Shown: positions 1 to 10,242, numbered from the stretch's first letter. The stretch is DNA of 64,000 bases from an uncultured Eubacterium sp. (GCA_964461415.1 CAYWUE010000001.1:13841-77840); one strand, 5' to 3'. The notes: generated from the letters alone by a model not told the origin. Numbers and translations: made by a program.

Positions 1-1
1 G

Positions 2-1963
2 GATGATTATCTTGCATTTGAAACATATAATCCGGGAGAATTTAGTGTGACATTATCTGCTTTAGGACAAAAATATGCAGATGTAAAACAGAAAACTGTG
101 AAGGTACCCTTAGATGTGGTGTTGATTCTTGACATATCAGGAAGCATGTCTGTAAATGGAGACACAAAAAGAGCAGACAATATGGTTAAGGCTGTCAATG
201 AAACAATTACCTATCTAATGAATGAAGATGAAAATAACAGAGTAGCAGTTGTGGCATATAACAATTGTGCCACTAAAATTTTGCCTTTGGGAAGGTATTA
301 TGTGGGAGAAAATATGAATTATTCAAGTGAAAATTCATATTTTTCTGTGGAATGGTCTACTAAATACAAAAGCTATAAGACATTAAAAATAGGGCAAATC
401 AGACAAGAAAAAAGTAAAAAGATAGTGGGAAATTCTGGAAATGTTATAGAGATTTATGGAGCAACATATATTCAGGATGGCATAAAGGCAGGAGCTGATA
501 TTCTTATAAGTGAAGAAGATACAACTTATACGGATGAAGCTTCCGGACAGAGATTAACTAGAACACCACATATTATTTTGTTGTCTGATGGTGTGCCAAC
601 TTTAGGAAATTATGATTATAAAAATCTTAGCAATGACAAGAAGTTTGGTGATGGAATGTCCTGTGACAGCGGAAATATTACAGAAAAAACAAGAGATTAT
701 TCAAAAAATGACAAGGGAATTTTTGGATATTATACAATTCTGACATCAAATTATTATAAGGAACAGATAAGCTTTCATTATAATAATGATTTATCTCATA
801 CTATTAACAGATTTTATACTATTGGTGTAGGAGTAAATGAGGGCAGTGGCTATGATTACATAAGTCAGATTTTGCATCCGACGAAGACGAATTTAGAACG
901 GTGCAAAAACAGTACTGATCCAAGAGCTAAGGAGCTGTATAAGGCATTAACAGGAGGATATTCAAATGCTGAAAATATAACTGTCGGAAGTGCAAATACG
1001 GGAGTTCAGGCTAAGAGTACGGCAATATACATTAAAAATCCTTATACAAATTATGACTATGCAGACAATTCTAAAATGGAAAAGGATAAATTGTTAAGCA
1101 GCAGCACCTTATCAGAAATATTTAAGCAGTTTTTACTAGAGAGCAGTAGTGAGGTTAATTATTGTTCAAGCGTTAAGGAGAATATCAGTAATGCAGTAGT
1201 TTTTACTGATAATATCGGGAATGGAATGGAAATAAAAGAAGCTCCGGTTCTTATATATAACGGAGTAGGTTATAAGCCGTTGGACAAAAATACATCAGGT
1301 CAAACAATAACTTATTCATATAATGGTATAGTTAAGTCGGCGACTTATGGAAATGATGATGTGGATCTGAAGAATATTGTGGTAACAGTCACAACAGACA
1401 GCTACGGAAATCAGACATTAAGTTTTCAAATTCCATCAGAACTTGTCCCTGAAAATGTAGCATTAGTAAATGGAAATCAGTATCAGAAAGCTTTGCCAAT
1501 AAGACTTTGTTTTAAGGTTGGTGTCACAAAAGATTCCATTTTGGAAGTATCAGGCTTTGAAAATACGGAACAAACCAAAGTGTTGTATACGAATAAGTGG
1601 GATGATGGAAAGGAGACAATAACTGAGTATATTCCAAATCGAAACAATCCTTATTATTATGACAATCAAAGTGATAATCCAATTAATAAAACTAAAAATA
1701 TAGATAAGGAAGAGAATATTACAAAAACTAAGGAGTATGTAACTTCTTACGGAGAAATTAATTGTAGTAAGGTTTCTGTAAAACATGGAAACAATGGAAA
1801 ACTAAAATTAAGTATGGCTAATTTGACAACTATATATGAACTGCCTGATACAGGTGGTATAGGAAAATGGTATTTTGTTGCAGCAGGAGTTGCATTTTTA
1901 GCAATAGCATTTGTTTGTCATTTAGCATTAATATTAAAAAATGTTAGGGGGTATTATGAATAG
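2..1963 (+). CDS. VWA-domain pilus tip adhesin (5'-truncated by window edge), LPXTG-anchored
   Basis: Frame is open from base 2. MIDAS motif DISGS, ILLSDG and YTIGVG VWA strands; C-terminal LPDTG followed by a hydrophobic helix and basic tail. Confidence 0.85.
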   Translation, partial: DDYLAFETYNPGEFSVTLSALGQKYADVKQKTVKVPLDVVLILDISGSMSVNGDTKRADNMVKAVNETITYLMNEDENNRVAVVAYNNCATKILPLGRYYVGENMNYSSENSYFSVEWSTKYKSYKTLKIGQIRQEKSKKIVGNSGNVIEIYGATYIQDGIKAGADILISEEDTTYTDEASGQRLTRTPHIILLSDGVPTLGNYDYKNLSNDKKFGDGMSCDSGNITEKTRDYSKNDKGIFGYYTILTSNYYKEQISFHYNNDLSHTINRFYTIGVGVNEGSGYDYISQILHPTKTNLERCKNSTDPRAKELYKALTGGYSNAENITVGSANTGVQAKSTAIYIKNPYTNYDYADNSKMEKDKLLSSSTLSEIFKQFLLESSSEVNYCSSVKENISNAVVFTDNIGNGMEIKEAPVLIYNGVGYKPLDKNTSGQTITYSYNGIVKSATYGNDDVDLKNIVVTVTTDSYGNQTLSFQIPSELVPENVALVNGNQYQKALPIRLCFKVGVTKDSILEVSGFENTEQTKVLYTNKWDDGKETITEYIPNRNNPYYYDNQSDNPINKTKNIDKEENITKTKEYVTSYGEINCSKVSVKHGNNGKLKLSMANLTTIYELPDTGGIGKWYFVAAGVAFLAIAFVCHLALILKNVRGYYE

Positions 1964-3554
1964 GTTAAAAAAATTTTTTGCAGTAATTTTGTCTATGGTA
2001 ATAGTTTTTACAATGGGGACAATTGCATATGGAGAAGAAGATAAAATTCCTTCGGCTAAGGATACGGGAAGTATAACAATTACTAATTTAAAAGAAAATG
2101 ATATAGTAAAAGTGTATCAGTTCGTAAAAGCTAACTATAATGAGTACGGTTTTACTGGATATACAGCTATTAATAATTATGTGAAAAATCCTATTGAACC
2201 AACATCTGATGAAGTTATCGCAATGGCATCAGAGGTTAGCAGTATGACAGTGGCAGGTGAAGCAAAAGTAGCAAATGGAAAAACAGAAGTTGTTATCGAT
2301 AATCTAAATGTGGGTTATTACTTAGTAATGGTAACTAGTGGTTCAGATACAGTATATAGTCCGATGATTGCAGGTGTTTATTATTCAAAGTCAGCTACAG
2401 AAAATACCATTACAAACGGTGCAATTAATGCAGGTACAAATTTTGTGATTAAGGGACAGCAGTGCTGGGCAAAATCTTCAACACCAAAATTAGAAAAGAC
2501 AGTAGTAAATGAATCAAGCAATAATATAAAATGTGATGATGTGTCAATAGGAGATGTTATTACATTTAACCTGGCTTCAACGATTCCATCATACAGTAAT
2601 GAATATAAAAAAGTTACTTATAAGATTTATGATACAATGAGTGAAGGCTTAGATTATGTAGAAAATTCTATTAAGTGCTTTATGACAAATGGAGACAAAA
2701 TTGAAGATGTTACGGCTGATATTAAGGTAAATGGTAAAAGCGTTGTAATTACGTTTGATTCACAATTTGTTTTGGAACATCCCGGACAAAAGGTTCAGGT
2801 TGAATACAAGACAAAACTCAATGATAAAGCCGGTTTAAATTTTGAGGCAAATACTAATAAGGCATATTTAGAATACACAAATAATCCAGGATGTAATTCA
2901 ACTGCAAAGACTCAGGAAGATATTGTTTATATTTATACATTTGGTATTGATTCAAAATTATTTGGCAGTAGCACTGAAAGCTGGAATGAAAGAACTAAGG
3001 AATTGATAAAGGTTGGCGAAGGAGAATATAAGTGGACAGAAATCAAGAATCAAAGTAGCAGTTTTACAGCTACAACAGCCTTAAAGGAAGCTACTTTTGT
3101 TTTAAAAAATAATGTTACTAAAGCTACATATAAGGCAACGTCTGATGAAAACGGTTACTTAAATTTTAAGGGATTAGATGCCGGAGAATATACTTTACAG
3201 GAAGTTAAGGCACCGGAGAGTTATATACTTAATGACACTAAACATTCTGTTGTAATAAGTGCTGTGTACAATCAGGATGGTACATTAAAGTCATATACAA
3301 TTAAAGTTGACAATAAGGCTACATCTACTTATACAGCAACTTATGAAAATCAAATTGTAAAGAATATCACAAAAACTGTTGACAGCCAGGGACGTATTTC
3401 AGAAACAACAATTCTTAAAAATACTAAAATGGGATTTTTACCATCAACAGGTGGTGTTGGAACAACAATATTCTCGGTCATAGGTGCAATGCTTGCTGCG
3501 TCAGGTATTGGATTTTATGTGCTATTTAAAAGAAAAAATAAGATTCAGGAATAA
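1956..3554 (+). CDS. Major (shaft) pilin, isopeptide-domain fimbrial protein
   Basis: Signal peptide; D2-like segment (VSIGDVITFNL...IYDTMSEGLDY...NTNKAYLEY); E-box YTLQEVKAPESY; LPSTG-TM-KRK sorting signal. Confidence 0.9.
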   Translation: MNRLKKFFAVILSMVIVFTMGTIAYGEEDKIPSAKDTGSITITNLKENDIVKVYQFVKANYNEYGFTGYTAINNYVKNPIEPTSDEVIAMASEVSSMTVAGEAKVANGKTEVVIDNLNVGYYLVMVTSGSDTVYSPMIAGVYYSKSATENTITNGAINAGTNFVIKGQQCWAKSSTPKLEKTVVNESSNNIKCDDVSIGDVITFNLASTIPSYSNEYKKVTYKIYDTMSEGLDYVENSIKCFMTNGDKIEDVTADIKVNGKSVVITFDSQFVLEHPGQKVQVEYKTKLNDKAGLNFEANTNKAYLEYTNNPGCNSTAKTQEDIVYIYTFGIDSKLFGSSTESWNERTKELIKVGEGEYKWTEIKNQSSSFTATTALKEATFVLKNNVTKATYKATSDENGYLNFKGLDAGEYTLQEVKAPESYILNDTKHSVVISAVYNQDGTLKSYTIKVDNKATSTYTATYENQIVKNITKTVDSQGRISETTILKNTKMGFLPSTGGVGTTIFSVIGAMLAASGIGFYVLFKRKNKIQE

Positions 3555-3557
3555 TAA

Positions 3558-4427
3558 ATGAAAATGAACATTAGGATAGCAAAATTTGTGCCAATTGCAT
3601 TTTTTCTTGTGGGAATATCTGTAATGCTATATCCGTTTGCAGCAAATAAATGGAATAAGATTCAAGGAGAAAAAATGATTGCAGAGTATGACAGACAGCT
3701 GGAAGAATTCCAAAAAAATGGAAATATGGATTATAAACAGGAAAAAGATAGGGCAAAAAAATACAATGAGAGCTTACAAAACAATACTGAAAACGGAATG
3801 TCATCAGAGGAAAATATAGATTATAGTCAATGCCTGAATTTGAACAATGATGGAATGATGGGATATATCAGTATTCCCAAAATTGATGTGAAGCTTCCTA
3901 TTTATCACACAACTGACAGTGAAATACTGCAAAAATATGTGGGACATCAGGAGGGAAGCAGTCTTATTAATGGTGGAGACAGTACCCATAGTGTTTTGGC
4001 AGCCCATAGAGGAATGCCTAGTGCAAGATTGTTTACTGATTTGGATAGAGTAGAGGTGAATGACAGATTTTACATATTTGTTTTAGATGAAATTCACACA
4101 TATCAGGTTGATAGAATTTATCCTATGATAGATAAAGCTGATACAGAAGCATTAAACGAGGCATTGCAGGTAAAAGCGGGGGAGGATTATATAACCCTCT
4201 TAACCTGCACGCCATATGGCGTAAACACTCATCGGCTGCTTGTGAGAGGAAAAAGAGTAAAAGATAATGACAAGAGTGAAAAGATTATAAAGGATAAAAA
4301 GGAGCAAGGTGTAAATGCAGATAAATATAGAGTGATTTTTTTGATACTTATATTTATTTTTTTTGCTGCTATATTAAAAACGATTATAAAAAGACACAAA
4401 GTTGAAAGGAAGGGGGATAAATATTGA
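3558..4427 (+). CDS. srtC: Class C (pilin-polymerising) sortase
   Basis: AAHRG and TLLTCTPYGVNTHRLLVRG catalytic motifs; N- and C-terminal TM helices. Confidence 0.93.
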   Translation: MKMNIRIAKFVPIAFFLVGISVMLYPFAANKWNKIQGEKMIAEYDRQLEEFQKNGNMDYKQEKDRAKKYNESLQNNTENGMSSEENIDYSQCLNLNNDGMMGYISIPKIDVKLPIYHTTDSEILQKYVGHQEGSSLINGGDSTHSVLAAHRGMPSARLFTDLDRVEVNDRFYIFVLDEIHTYQVDRIYPMIDKADTEALNEALQVKAGEDYITLLTCTPYGVNTHRLLVRGKRVKDNDKSEKIIKDKKEQGVNADKYRVIFLILIFIFFAAILKTIIKRHKVERKGDKY

Positions 4428-5266
4428 AAAAGAATAATGAGAAAAAAATATGGAAAAGTTATGTGTTGTTTCAGATTATTATACTGGCTTTATATTTTCA
4501 TATGAATATGACAACTTATGCTGGGATGAATTCTGATTCAGTAAGGTCTTGTAGCCTAAGCGTGGAATTGCCTTATGAATATAATGAGCTTAAAAATGCA
4601 GATTTAGAGATAAAATTATATAAGATAGCAGACCTTGATTCTAGCTTTAGATATATAGCTCTTGAAAAATATGATTCATTAAATAATTATGATTATTCAT
4701 ATACAAATGAAAAAAATGAGAAGGAAATTATTAATGTTAAATTATGTGATGTTGACGGAGAAACTAAGGCAAAAGAGTGGGAAGGACTAACCCTTAAGGC
4801 TTTAGAAATAGCAAAAAATGACAATCCAACGATAACTGAAAAATTAAAATCAGGAAACGTTAAATTTGAAAAGATAACTCCGGGATTGTATTTGGTTATG
4901 GTGGATGATAAGGTCATAAATGAAAAAACATATAAATTTATGACATCTCTTGTGTCAGTTCCGTCTTTTAATGAAGAAAAACCGGCTGGCGAAAAGTTTA
5001 TATACGATGTACGTAAAGAGTTAAAAATAGAGGCAACGTATAATGCAACATCAAATCCTGTCACTACAAAAATGCTTGATGGTTTAAATCCGACAACTGT
5101 GATTAATGAAATTAAGGTAGTCAGTGGAAAACCTATTGTAGTAAAAAAAGGTATGCTTCCACAGACAGGTCAGCTAAAATGGGCCATTCCGATATTTATA
5201 TTGGCAGGAATGATTTTAACTACAGGAGGTGTAATACTGTTAAAAAGGGATAAGAAAAATGAATAA
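4424..5266 (+). CDS. LPXTG-anchored minor/basal pilin
   Basis: N-terminal signal, Cna-B-like GLYLV strand, LPQTG-TM-KR sorting signal; lies between the two sortases. Confidence 0.75.
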   Translation: MKKNNEKKIWKSYVLFQIIILALYFHMNMTTYAGMNSDSVRSCSLSVELPYEYNELKNADLEIKLYKIADLDSSFRYIALEKYDSLNNYDYSYTNEKNEKEIINVKLCDVDGETKAKEWEGLTLKALEIAKNDNPTITEKLKSGNVKFEKITPGLYLVMVDDKVINEKTYKFMTSLVSVPSFNEEKPAGEKFIYDVRKELKIEATYNATSNPVTTKMLDGLNPTTVINEIKVVSGKPIVVKKGMLPQTGQLKWAIPIFILAGMILTTGGVILLKRDKKNE

Positions 5267-5789
5267 AAAAATTGCTGCTGTACTGATAATAATAGGAATT
5301 ATATCTATTGTATTAGGTATGGCAGTTTTAATACATAATGACAGTGAGGAAAAATATGCGAAGGCAGAAGTAGAAAAAGTACTGCCGAGGCTGAAGGAGG
5401 AAATATTCTATGAAGATAATAATATATTATCGAAGGAATATGTCGGATATCTGGTTATAAAAAAACTTAAGCTTGAACTGCCTGTATTATCACAATTGAG
5501 CAGTTATAATCTAAAAAAATCCCCCTGTGTATATGCAGGTTATAGAACAGAAAATTTTGTTATAGCGGCACACAACTACAAATCACATTTCGGCAAAATA
5601 GACCGGTTAGATGAGGGGGATGTTGTGGAATTTGTAGACATAAATAATGAAAAACATAAATATAATGTTTGTGCAAAAGAAGTAATCGGTGGAGATGAAG
5701 CGAAGGAAATGTTAAAGGATTCCTATAAATTGACTTTGTTTACGTGTGATTATACAGGAAAAAACAGAATTGTTGTGCGATGTAATTAG
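5259..5789 (+). CDS. Second sortase (short, class D-like)
   Basis: N-terminal TM; IAAHNY...LTLFTC...NRIVVRC His/Cys/Arg triad; no C-terminal TM. Confidence 0.85.
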   Translation: MNKKIAAVLIIIGIISIVLGMAVLIHNDSEEKYAKAEVEKVLPRLKEEIFYEDNNILSKEYVGYLVIKKLKLELPVLSQLSSYNLKKSPCVYAGYRTENFVIAAHNYKSHFGKIDRLDEGDVVEFVDINNEKHKYNVCAKEVIGGDEAKEMLKDSYKLTLFTCDYTGKNRIVVRCN

Positions 5790-5842
5790 TCTATAAAGTA
5801 GGCGAAATAGGTCTATTTAATATATAAATGAAGGAGGATAAG

Positions 5843-6061
5843 ATGAAAATCCGTTTTAATTCCGTTAATGCCATAAGGGAATTTGTAAATATTGTAAATA
5901 ACTTTTCTGCAGAAATTGATGTAAAATCAAGAAGAACAACAGTAGATGGAAAATCACTTATGGGAATATTTAGCCTTGATTTGTCGAAACCTGTGGAGGT
6001 TACGGCAATAGGAAAAGAATCAGAAAGAGTTTATGAGGCGATAAGCAAATATGCTGCATAA
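5843..6061 (+). CDS. HPr-family phosphocarrier-like protein lacking His15
   Basis: VDGKSLMGIFSL (Ser46 motif); no His in the sequence; RBS AGGAGG upstream. Confidence 0.8.
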   Translation: MKIRFNSVNAIREFVNIVNNFSAEIDVKSRRTTVDGKSLMGIFSLDLSKPVEVTAIGKESERVYEAISKYAA

Positions 6062-6149
6062 AAAAAATGAAATGAAAATATATATGCAGAAAAAAACTTC
6101 GACATCATAACTAAATATGAGGCTAAATTTGATATGGCACTATAATCAA

Positions 6150-6187
6150 AAAAAGGAACAGCATTTGTATATCGGCTGTTCCTTTTT
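6150..6187. terminator. Bidirectional intrinsic terminator
   Basis: AAAAAGGAACAGC...GCTGTTCCTTTTT between convergent genes. Confidence 0.8.
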
Positions 6188-6191
6188 AACA

Positions 6192-7943
6192 TTATTTTGC
6201 ACCCTTGCTTTTAGCAACTGAGCTGTATGAGCTATAGTAATAGGTCTGACCAACTTGTAGATAAGCTCTAACTTTAACGTAATATGTTTTTGATTTAGAT
6301 AAACCTTTGATTTTTACACTACGATTTTTGTTGGTTGTCTTATATTTTTTCACCACTTTATTTGCTTTTTTATCAGTTGAAACAATTATTTCATAACCGG
6401 AGCATCTGGCTGAAGATGTCCATTTTACTTTGATTCTGGTACTTTTATGATACCTTTTTGCTGATTTGATTGTTACCTTGGCAGGTTTGGTGTATATTGT
6501 TTTTCCATCACATGGGCTGGAAAAATAGGTTTTGCCATCTGCTACTAGGTATGTGGCTATACGGTATCTGCATTTTGTAGATGAAGGAAGATTTTTCATC
6601 TTGCATGACGTAGTATTAGAATTTGCGATGGTTTTTACAGTCTCATAGGATTTTGTTGTGTAGTTATATCTGTAGATAACATATCCAGTCACATGCTTTG
6701 TGGCACTCCATTTTAAAGTGACACTAGAGGCAGAGGACGTTATATTAAAATTAGAAACCTCCGGCATATTGATTTTGTAATTGAGAGTTACACTGTCATT
6801 ACAATTATTTATACCTGTAATAACAACCTTTGCAGTTCCGGGATTTTTGTTGTTTTCATATTCAAGTTTATAATTTATGCCTTCAACAAGTTCTACATCT
6901 TTGTATTTCACTGATACTTCTGGAATTTGTTCCGAACCATTATATGTATATTTAGTATTTTCTAATGTGTTTGTAAATAAATTTATGTTGTAATTTGCTA
7001 AAAGGCTTTTTTTACTTATGTCATTTGGTGTAACACGGTTAGTTGTAAAACTGCGTACACCCCATGAGTAGAATACACCCATGGTAACAGGAGAATCTAG
7101 TGTATATACTCCTACATCAAGATTTTTATCAAGAGCCTGCTTTATTTTCGACTCAGTATTTGAGGATTTTTCGCCATTAAAGTTAATTCCTGTTGCACCG
7201 CATTTAATTGCATTATTTATTGATGTTGTATTAATGAGTGTGCTTAACAAAACTGTATTTATATCTGGTGCGAGTTTGTTTATTTCTTTTAGGTAGGATG
7301 TGCTGAAAGAAATAAATGAGACACAATCATCAATTCCGGCATCTTTTATAGGAGCAATTAGTTCTGATTGAAAATATGTTTTATAATCAGAATCAGTGGT
7401 AGATTTTAATTCTAACTGCCAGTTAATATTTTTCCCTTCAGACTTGCATTTTTTTATCAAATTAATAACATCTTCAAAAGAAACAATTTTCAAATTGGTG
7501 TACGCTTCGACTTTATTTCCTTTTGTGTAAGAATATTTTAAAAGCTCCTGATGTGTGGATGTAGAAATATATTCATTGACCCCCATGATGTTTTTTAAGG
7601 AATCGTTATGTGAGACTACCCATCGTGCTGTTCCTGTTGAATCCGGTTTGCAACGTCTAAGGTCTAATTCGATGTTGTTAAAACCAGCATAAATCGCTTT
7701 TTCAAAAGCTATTAGGGAATTTTCAGGAGCCTCACTGGAATAACCTTTGTGGGCAATTAGTGAAAAATCATCTTCAGAAGTTTCAGTATCAATTTTGGGA
7801 TTATCTTTGTCCGTTTCTATTGAGGATTCATTGTTTTGTAAGGTTTCGGCTTTGATTATATTAGTGGGATTAAAAGTGCTGGCAAAAATTAGGGCAGCTA
7901 ATGTAACAGATAAGAATTTTGTGATTGATTTTAAATTTTTCAT
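6192..7943 (-). CDS. Secreted glycerophosphodiester phosphodiesterase with C-terminal Ig/FN3-like domains
   Basis: Signal peptide; IAHKG...APENS...IELD...VVSHND GDPD motifs; FN3-like repeats (VTLKW...GYVIY; GLSKSKTYYVKVRAY). Confidence 0.85.
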   Translation of the reverse strand: MKNLKSITKFLSVTLAALIFASTFNPTNIIKAETLQNNESSIETDKDNPKIDTETSEDDFSLIAHKGYSSEAPENSLIAFEKAIYAGFNNIELDLRRCKPDSTGTARWVVSHNDSLKNIMGVNEYISTSTHQELLKYSYTKGNKVEAYTNLKIVSFEDVINLIKKCKSEGKNINWQLELKSTTDSDYKTYFQSELIAPIKDAGIDDCVSFISFSTSYLKEINKLAPDINTVLLSTLINTTSINNAIKCGATGINFNGEKSSNTESKIKQALDKNLDVGVYTLDSPVTMGVFYSWGVRSFTTNRVTPNDISKKSLLANYNINLFTNTLENTKYTYNGSEQIPEVSVKYKDVELVEGINYKLEYENNKNPGTAKVVITGINNCNDSVTLNYKINMPEVSNFNITSSASSVTLKWSATKHVTGYVIYRYNYTTKSYETVKTIANSNTTSCKMKNLPSSTKCRYRIATYLVADGKTYFSSPCDGKTIYTKPAKVTIKSAKRYHKSTRIKVKWTSSARCSGYEIIVSTDKKANKVVKKYKTTNKNRSVKIKGLSKSKTYYVKVRAYLQVGQTYYYSSYSSVAKSKGAK

Positions 7944-8067
7944 TCTCGTATTTATGCTCCTTCTTTAATTTATTTGTCATATATGTGCAAATCGAATTAT
8001 AGCACTTTTGCGTAAAAACGACCATAAAACAGTTGAAAATTTTTGGAAAATAGTTTATTCTACTTAT

Positions 8068-8142
8068 AGATTCCATACGACTGGCGGATTAGTGAGGTTA
8101 CTCACAGGGAGTATGGATAGACGAGGTCGACCGCCTGGGCAG
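8068..8142 (+). ncRNA. ZMP/ZTP (pfl) riboswitch
   Basis: P1 TCCATAC/GTATGGA; conserved GACTGGCGGA; P2 GTGAG/CTCAC; 3' GTCGACCGCCTGGGCA able to form the GGCGG/CCGCC pseudoknot; directly upstream of purO/purH. Confidence 0.92.
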
Positions 8143-8170
8143 TTTTTTTTAGGCTGCTCAGGCGGTTTTT
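8130..8170 (+). terminator. Riboswitch expression-platform terminator
   Basis: ACCGCCTGGGCAG...CTGCTCAGGCGGT followed by a T run; overlaps the 3' pseudoknot strand. Confidence 0.85.
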
Positions 8171-8194
8171 CTATTTTAGTGAAGGAGAATTGAT

Positions 8195-8908
8195 ATGCAG
8201 ATGTTATCACTTGAAAATGAATTGAAGGAAAATTCTTATCCGGGAAGAGGAATTGTTATTGGAAAAACACCAAATGGAAAATGTGCAGTAACAGCATATT
8301 TTATTATGGGAAGAAGCGAAAACAGCAGAAATCGAGTTTTTGTTGAAGAAGGAGAGGGTATCAGAACAGAGGCTTTTGATCCGTCAAAATTAGTTGATCC
8401 AAGCCTTATTATTTATGCGCCTGTACGTGTTTTAGGCAACAAGACTATTGTAACTAATGGTGACCAGACAGATACTATTTATGAATTAATGGACAAGCAA
8501 CAGACTTTTGAACAGTCTCTTAGAACAAGAGAGTTTGAACCTGATGTACCAAATTATACACCTAGAATTTCGGGAATTATGCATATTGAAAATGGTGAAT
8601 ATAATTATGCAATGTCAATTTTAAAGAGTAATAATGGTAATCCTTTAGCATGTAACAGATATACTTTTGCATACAGTAATCCCGTAAACGGGGAAGGTCA
8701 TTTTATTCATACTTATAAATGTGACGGAAATCCACTTCCAAGTTTTGAAGGAGAGCCAAAACTCGTTCCGATGATGGATGACATGGAAGAGTTTACACAA
8801 ATGCTTTGGAACAGCCTAAATGGAGAAAATAAGGTATCACTTTTTGTGAGATATATTGATATTGAAACAGGAAAATATGAGACAAAGATAATTAACAAAA
8901 ACAAATAA
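8195..8908 (+). CDS. purO: IMP cyclohydrolase, PurO-like (Ntn-hydrolase type)
   Basis: YPGRG...AYFIMGRSENSRNR, TNGDQTD and YTPRISG motifs. Confidence 0.85.
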   Translation: MQMLSLENELKENSYPGRGIVIGKTPNGKCAVTAYFIMGRSENSRNRVFVEEGEGIRTEAFDPSKLVDPSLIIYAPVRVLGNKTIVTNGDQTDTIYELMDKQQTFEQSLRTREFEPDVPNYTPRISGIMHIENGEYNYAMSILKSNNGNPLACNRYTFAYSNPVNGEGHFIHTYKCDGNPLPSFEGEPKLVPMMDDMEEFTQMLWNSLNGENKVSLFVRYIDIETGKYETKIINKNK

Positions 8909-8922
8909 TGGAGGAAGTTATA

Positions 8923-10098
8923 ATGAAGGAATTAGAATTAAAATATGGATGTAACCCTAATCAGAAACCATCAAGAATATACATGGAAGAGGGAGAACTT
9001 CCTATAAAGGTTCTCAATGGAAAGCCGGGATACATTAACTTTTTAGATGCCTTTAATGGTTGGCAGTTAGTTAAAGAATTAAAAAAAGCAACAGGACTGC
9101 CTGCAGCTACTTCATTTAAACATGTATCTCCGGCAGGCGCAGCAGTTGGCCTGCCGCTTAGTGAAGTAGAAGCTAAGATTTATTGGGTAGATGATTTAGG
9201 AGAATTGTCACCACTTGCATGTGCATATTCGAGAGCAAGAGGTGCTGACAGAATGTCATCATATGGCGATTTTATTGCATTGTCAGATGTATGTGATGTT
9301 TCAACAGCAAAGGTAATCAAGAGAGAATTCTCAGACGGTATTATCGCACCGGGATATGAACCGGAAGCATTAGAAATGTTAAAGGAAAAGAAAAAAGGTT
9401 CATATGCCATTATTGAAATTGACCCTGATTATGTTCCTAATCCGATAGAGCATAAGGAGGTTTTTGGAATTACTTTTGAACAGGGACGTAATGAACTCAA
9501 TATTGATGAAGAATTTTTCAGCAATATTGTAACTGAAAATAAAGATATTCCTGAATCAGCAAAAATAGATATGGCTATATCAATGATTACATTAAAATAT
9601 ACACAGTCTAATTCAGTATGTTTTGTTAAAAATGGTCAGGCAATCGGTGTAGGTGCCGGACAGCAGTCGAGAATACATTGTGTAAGACTTGCAGGACAAA
9701 AGGCAGATAACTGGTTACTTCGTCAGGCACCACAGGTACTTAACCTTCCATTTAAGGAAGGAATGAAGCGTGCAGACAGAGATAATGCCATAGACCTTTA
9801 TATAGGTGAAGAATATATGGATATTCTTGCTGACGGACAGTGGGAAAGAGTATTTACAACAAAACCTGCAGTTTTTGCAAAAGAAGAAAAACAGGCATGG
9901 CTTGCACAGGCTGATGGAATTACATTAGGTTCTGATGCTTTCTTCCCATTTAGTGACAATATTGAGCGAGCATACAAAAGTGGCGTAAAATATATTGCAC
10001 AACCTGGTGGTTCGATTCGTGATCAGGATGTTATTGATGCTTGTAATAAGCATGGTGTGGCAATGGCATTTACAGGACTTCGTCTCTTCCATCATTAA
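8923..10098 (+). CDS. purH: AICAR transformylase (PurH formyltransferase domain only)
   Basis: LKYGCNPNQ, SFKHVSPAG, SDAFFPF, QPGGS and RLFHH motifs; no N-terminal MGS-like IMPCH domain. Confidence 0.92.
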   Translation: MKELELKYGCNPNQKPSRIYMEEGELPIKVLNGKPGYINFLDAFNGWQLVKELKKATGLPAATSFKHVSPAGAAVGLPLSEVEAKIYWVDDLGELSPLACAYSRARGADRMSSYGDFIALSDVCDVSTAKVIKREFSDGIIAPGYEPEALEMLKEKKKGSYAIIEIDPDYVPNPIEHKEVFGITFEQGRNELNIDEEFFSNIVTENKDIPESAKIDMAISMITLKYTQSNSVCFVKNGQAIGVGAGQQSRIHCVRLAGQKADNWLLRQAPQVLNLPFKEGMKRADRDNAIDLYIGEEYMDILADGQWERVFTTKPAVFAKEEKQAWLAQADGITLGSDAFFPFSDNIERAYKSGVKYIAQPGGSIRDQDVIDACNKHGVAMAFTGLRLFHH

Positions 10099-10120
10099 AA
10101 AACACGTTATAATGTACATA

Positions 10121-10159
10121 TTAAATAACCGGGATTGGAAATCAGTTCCGGTTATTTAA
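10121..10159 (+). terminator. Hairpin/terminator after purH
   Basis: TTAAATAACCGG...CCGGTTATTTAA inverted repeat. Confidence 0.6.
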
Positions 10160-10213
10160 TTGTGAAGGTTAATAATGAAGAAAATCAGATTGTTTAAATG
10201 TGAAGAAAATGTG

Positions 10214-10242
10214 TTGACATGATTAGACGGATATAATATAAT
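10214..10242 (+). promoter_or_regulatory. SigA-type promoter of the lipid cluster
   Basis: Perfect TTGACA-17 nt-TATAAT. Confidence 0.8.

Noticed and set aside
8008-8193. 61-aa ORF upstream of purO
   Set aside because: It overlaps the ZTP riboswitch and terminator, has a TTG start and no convincing RBS; spurious.
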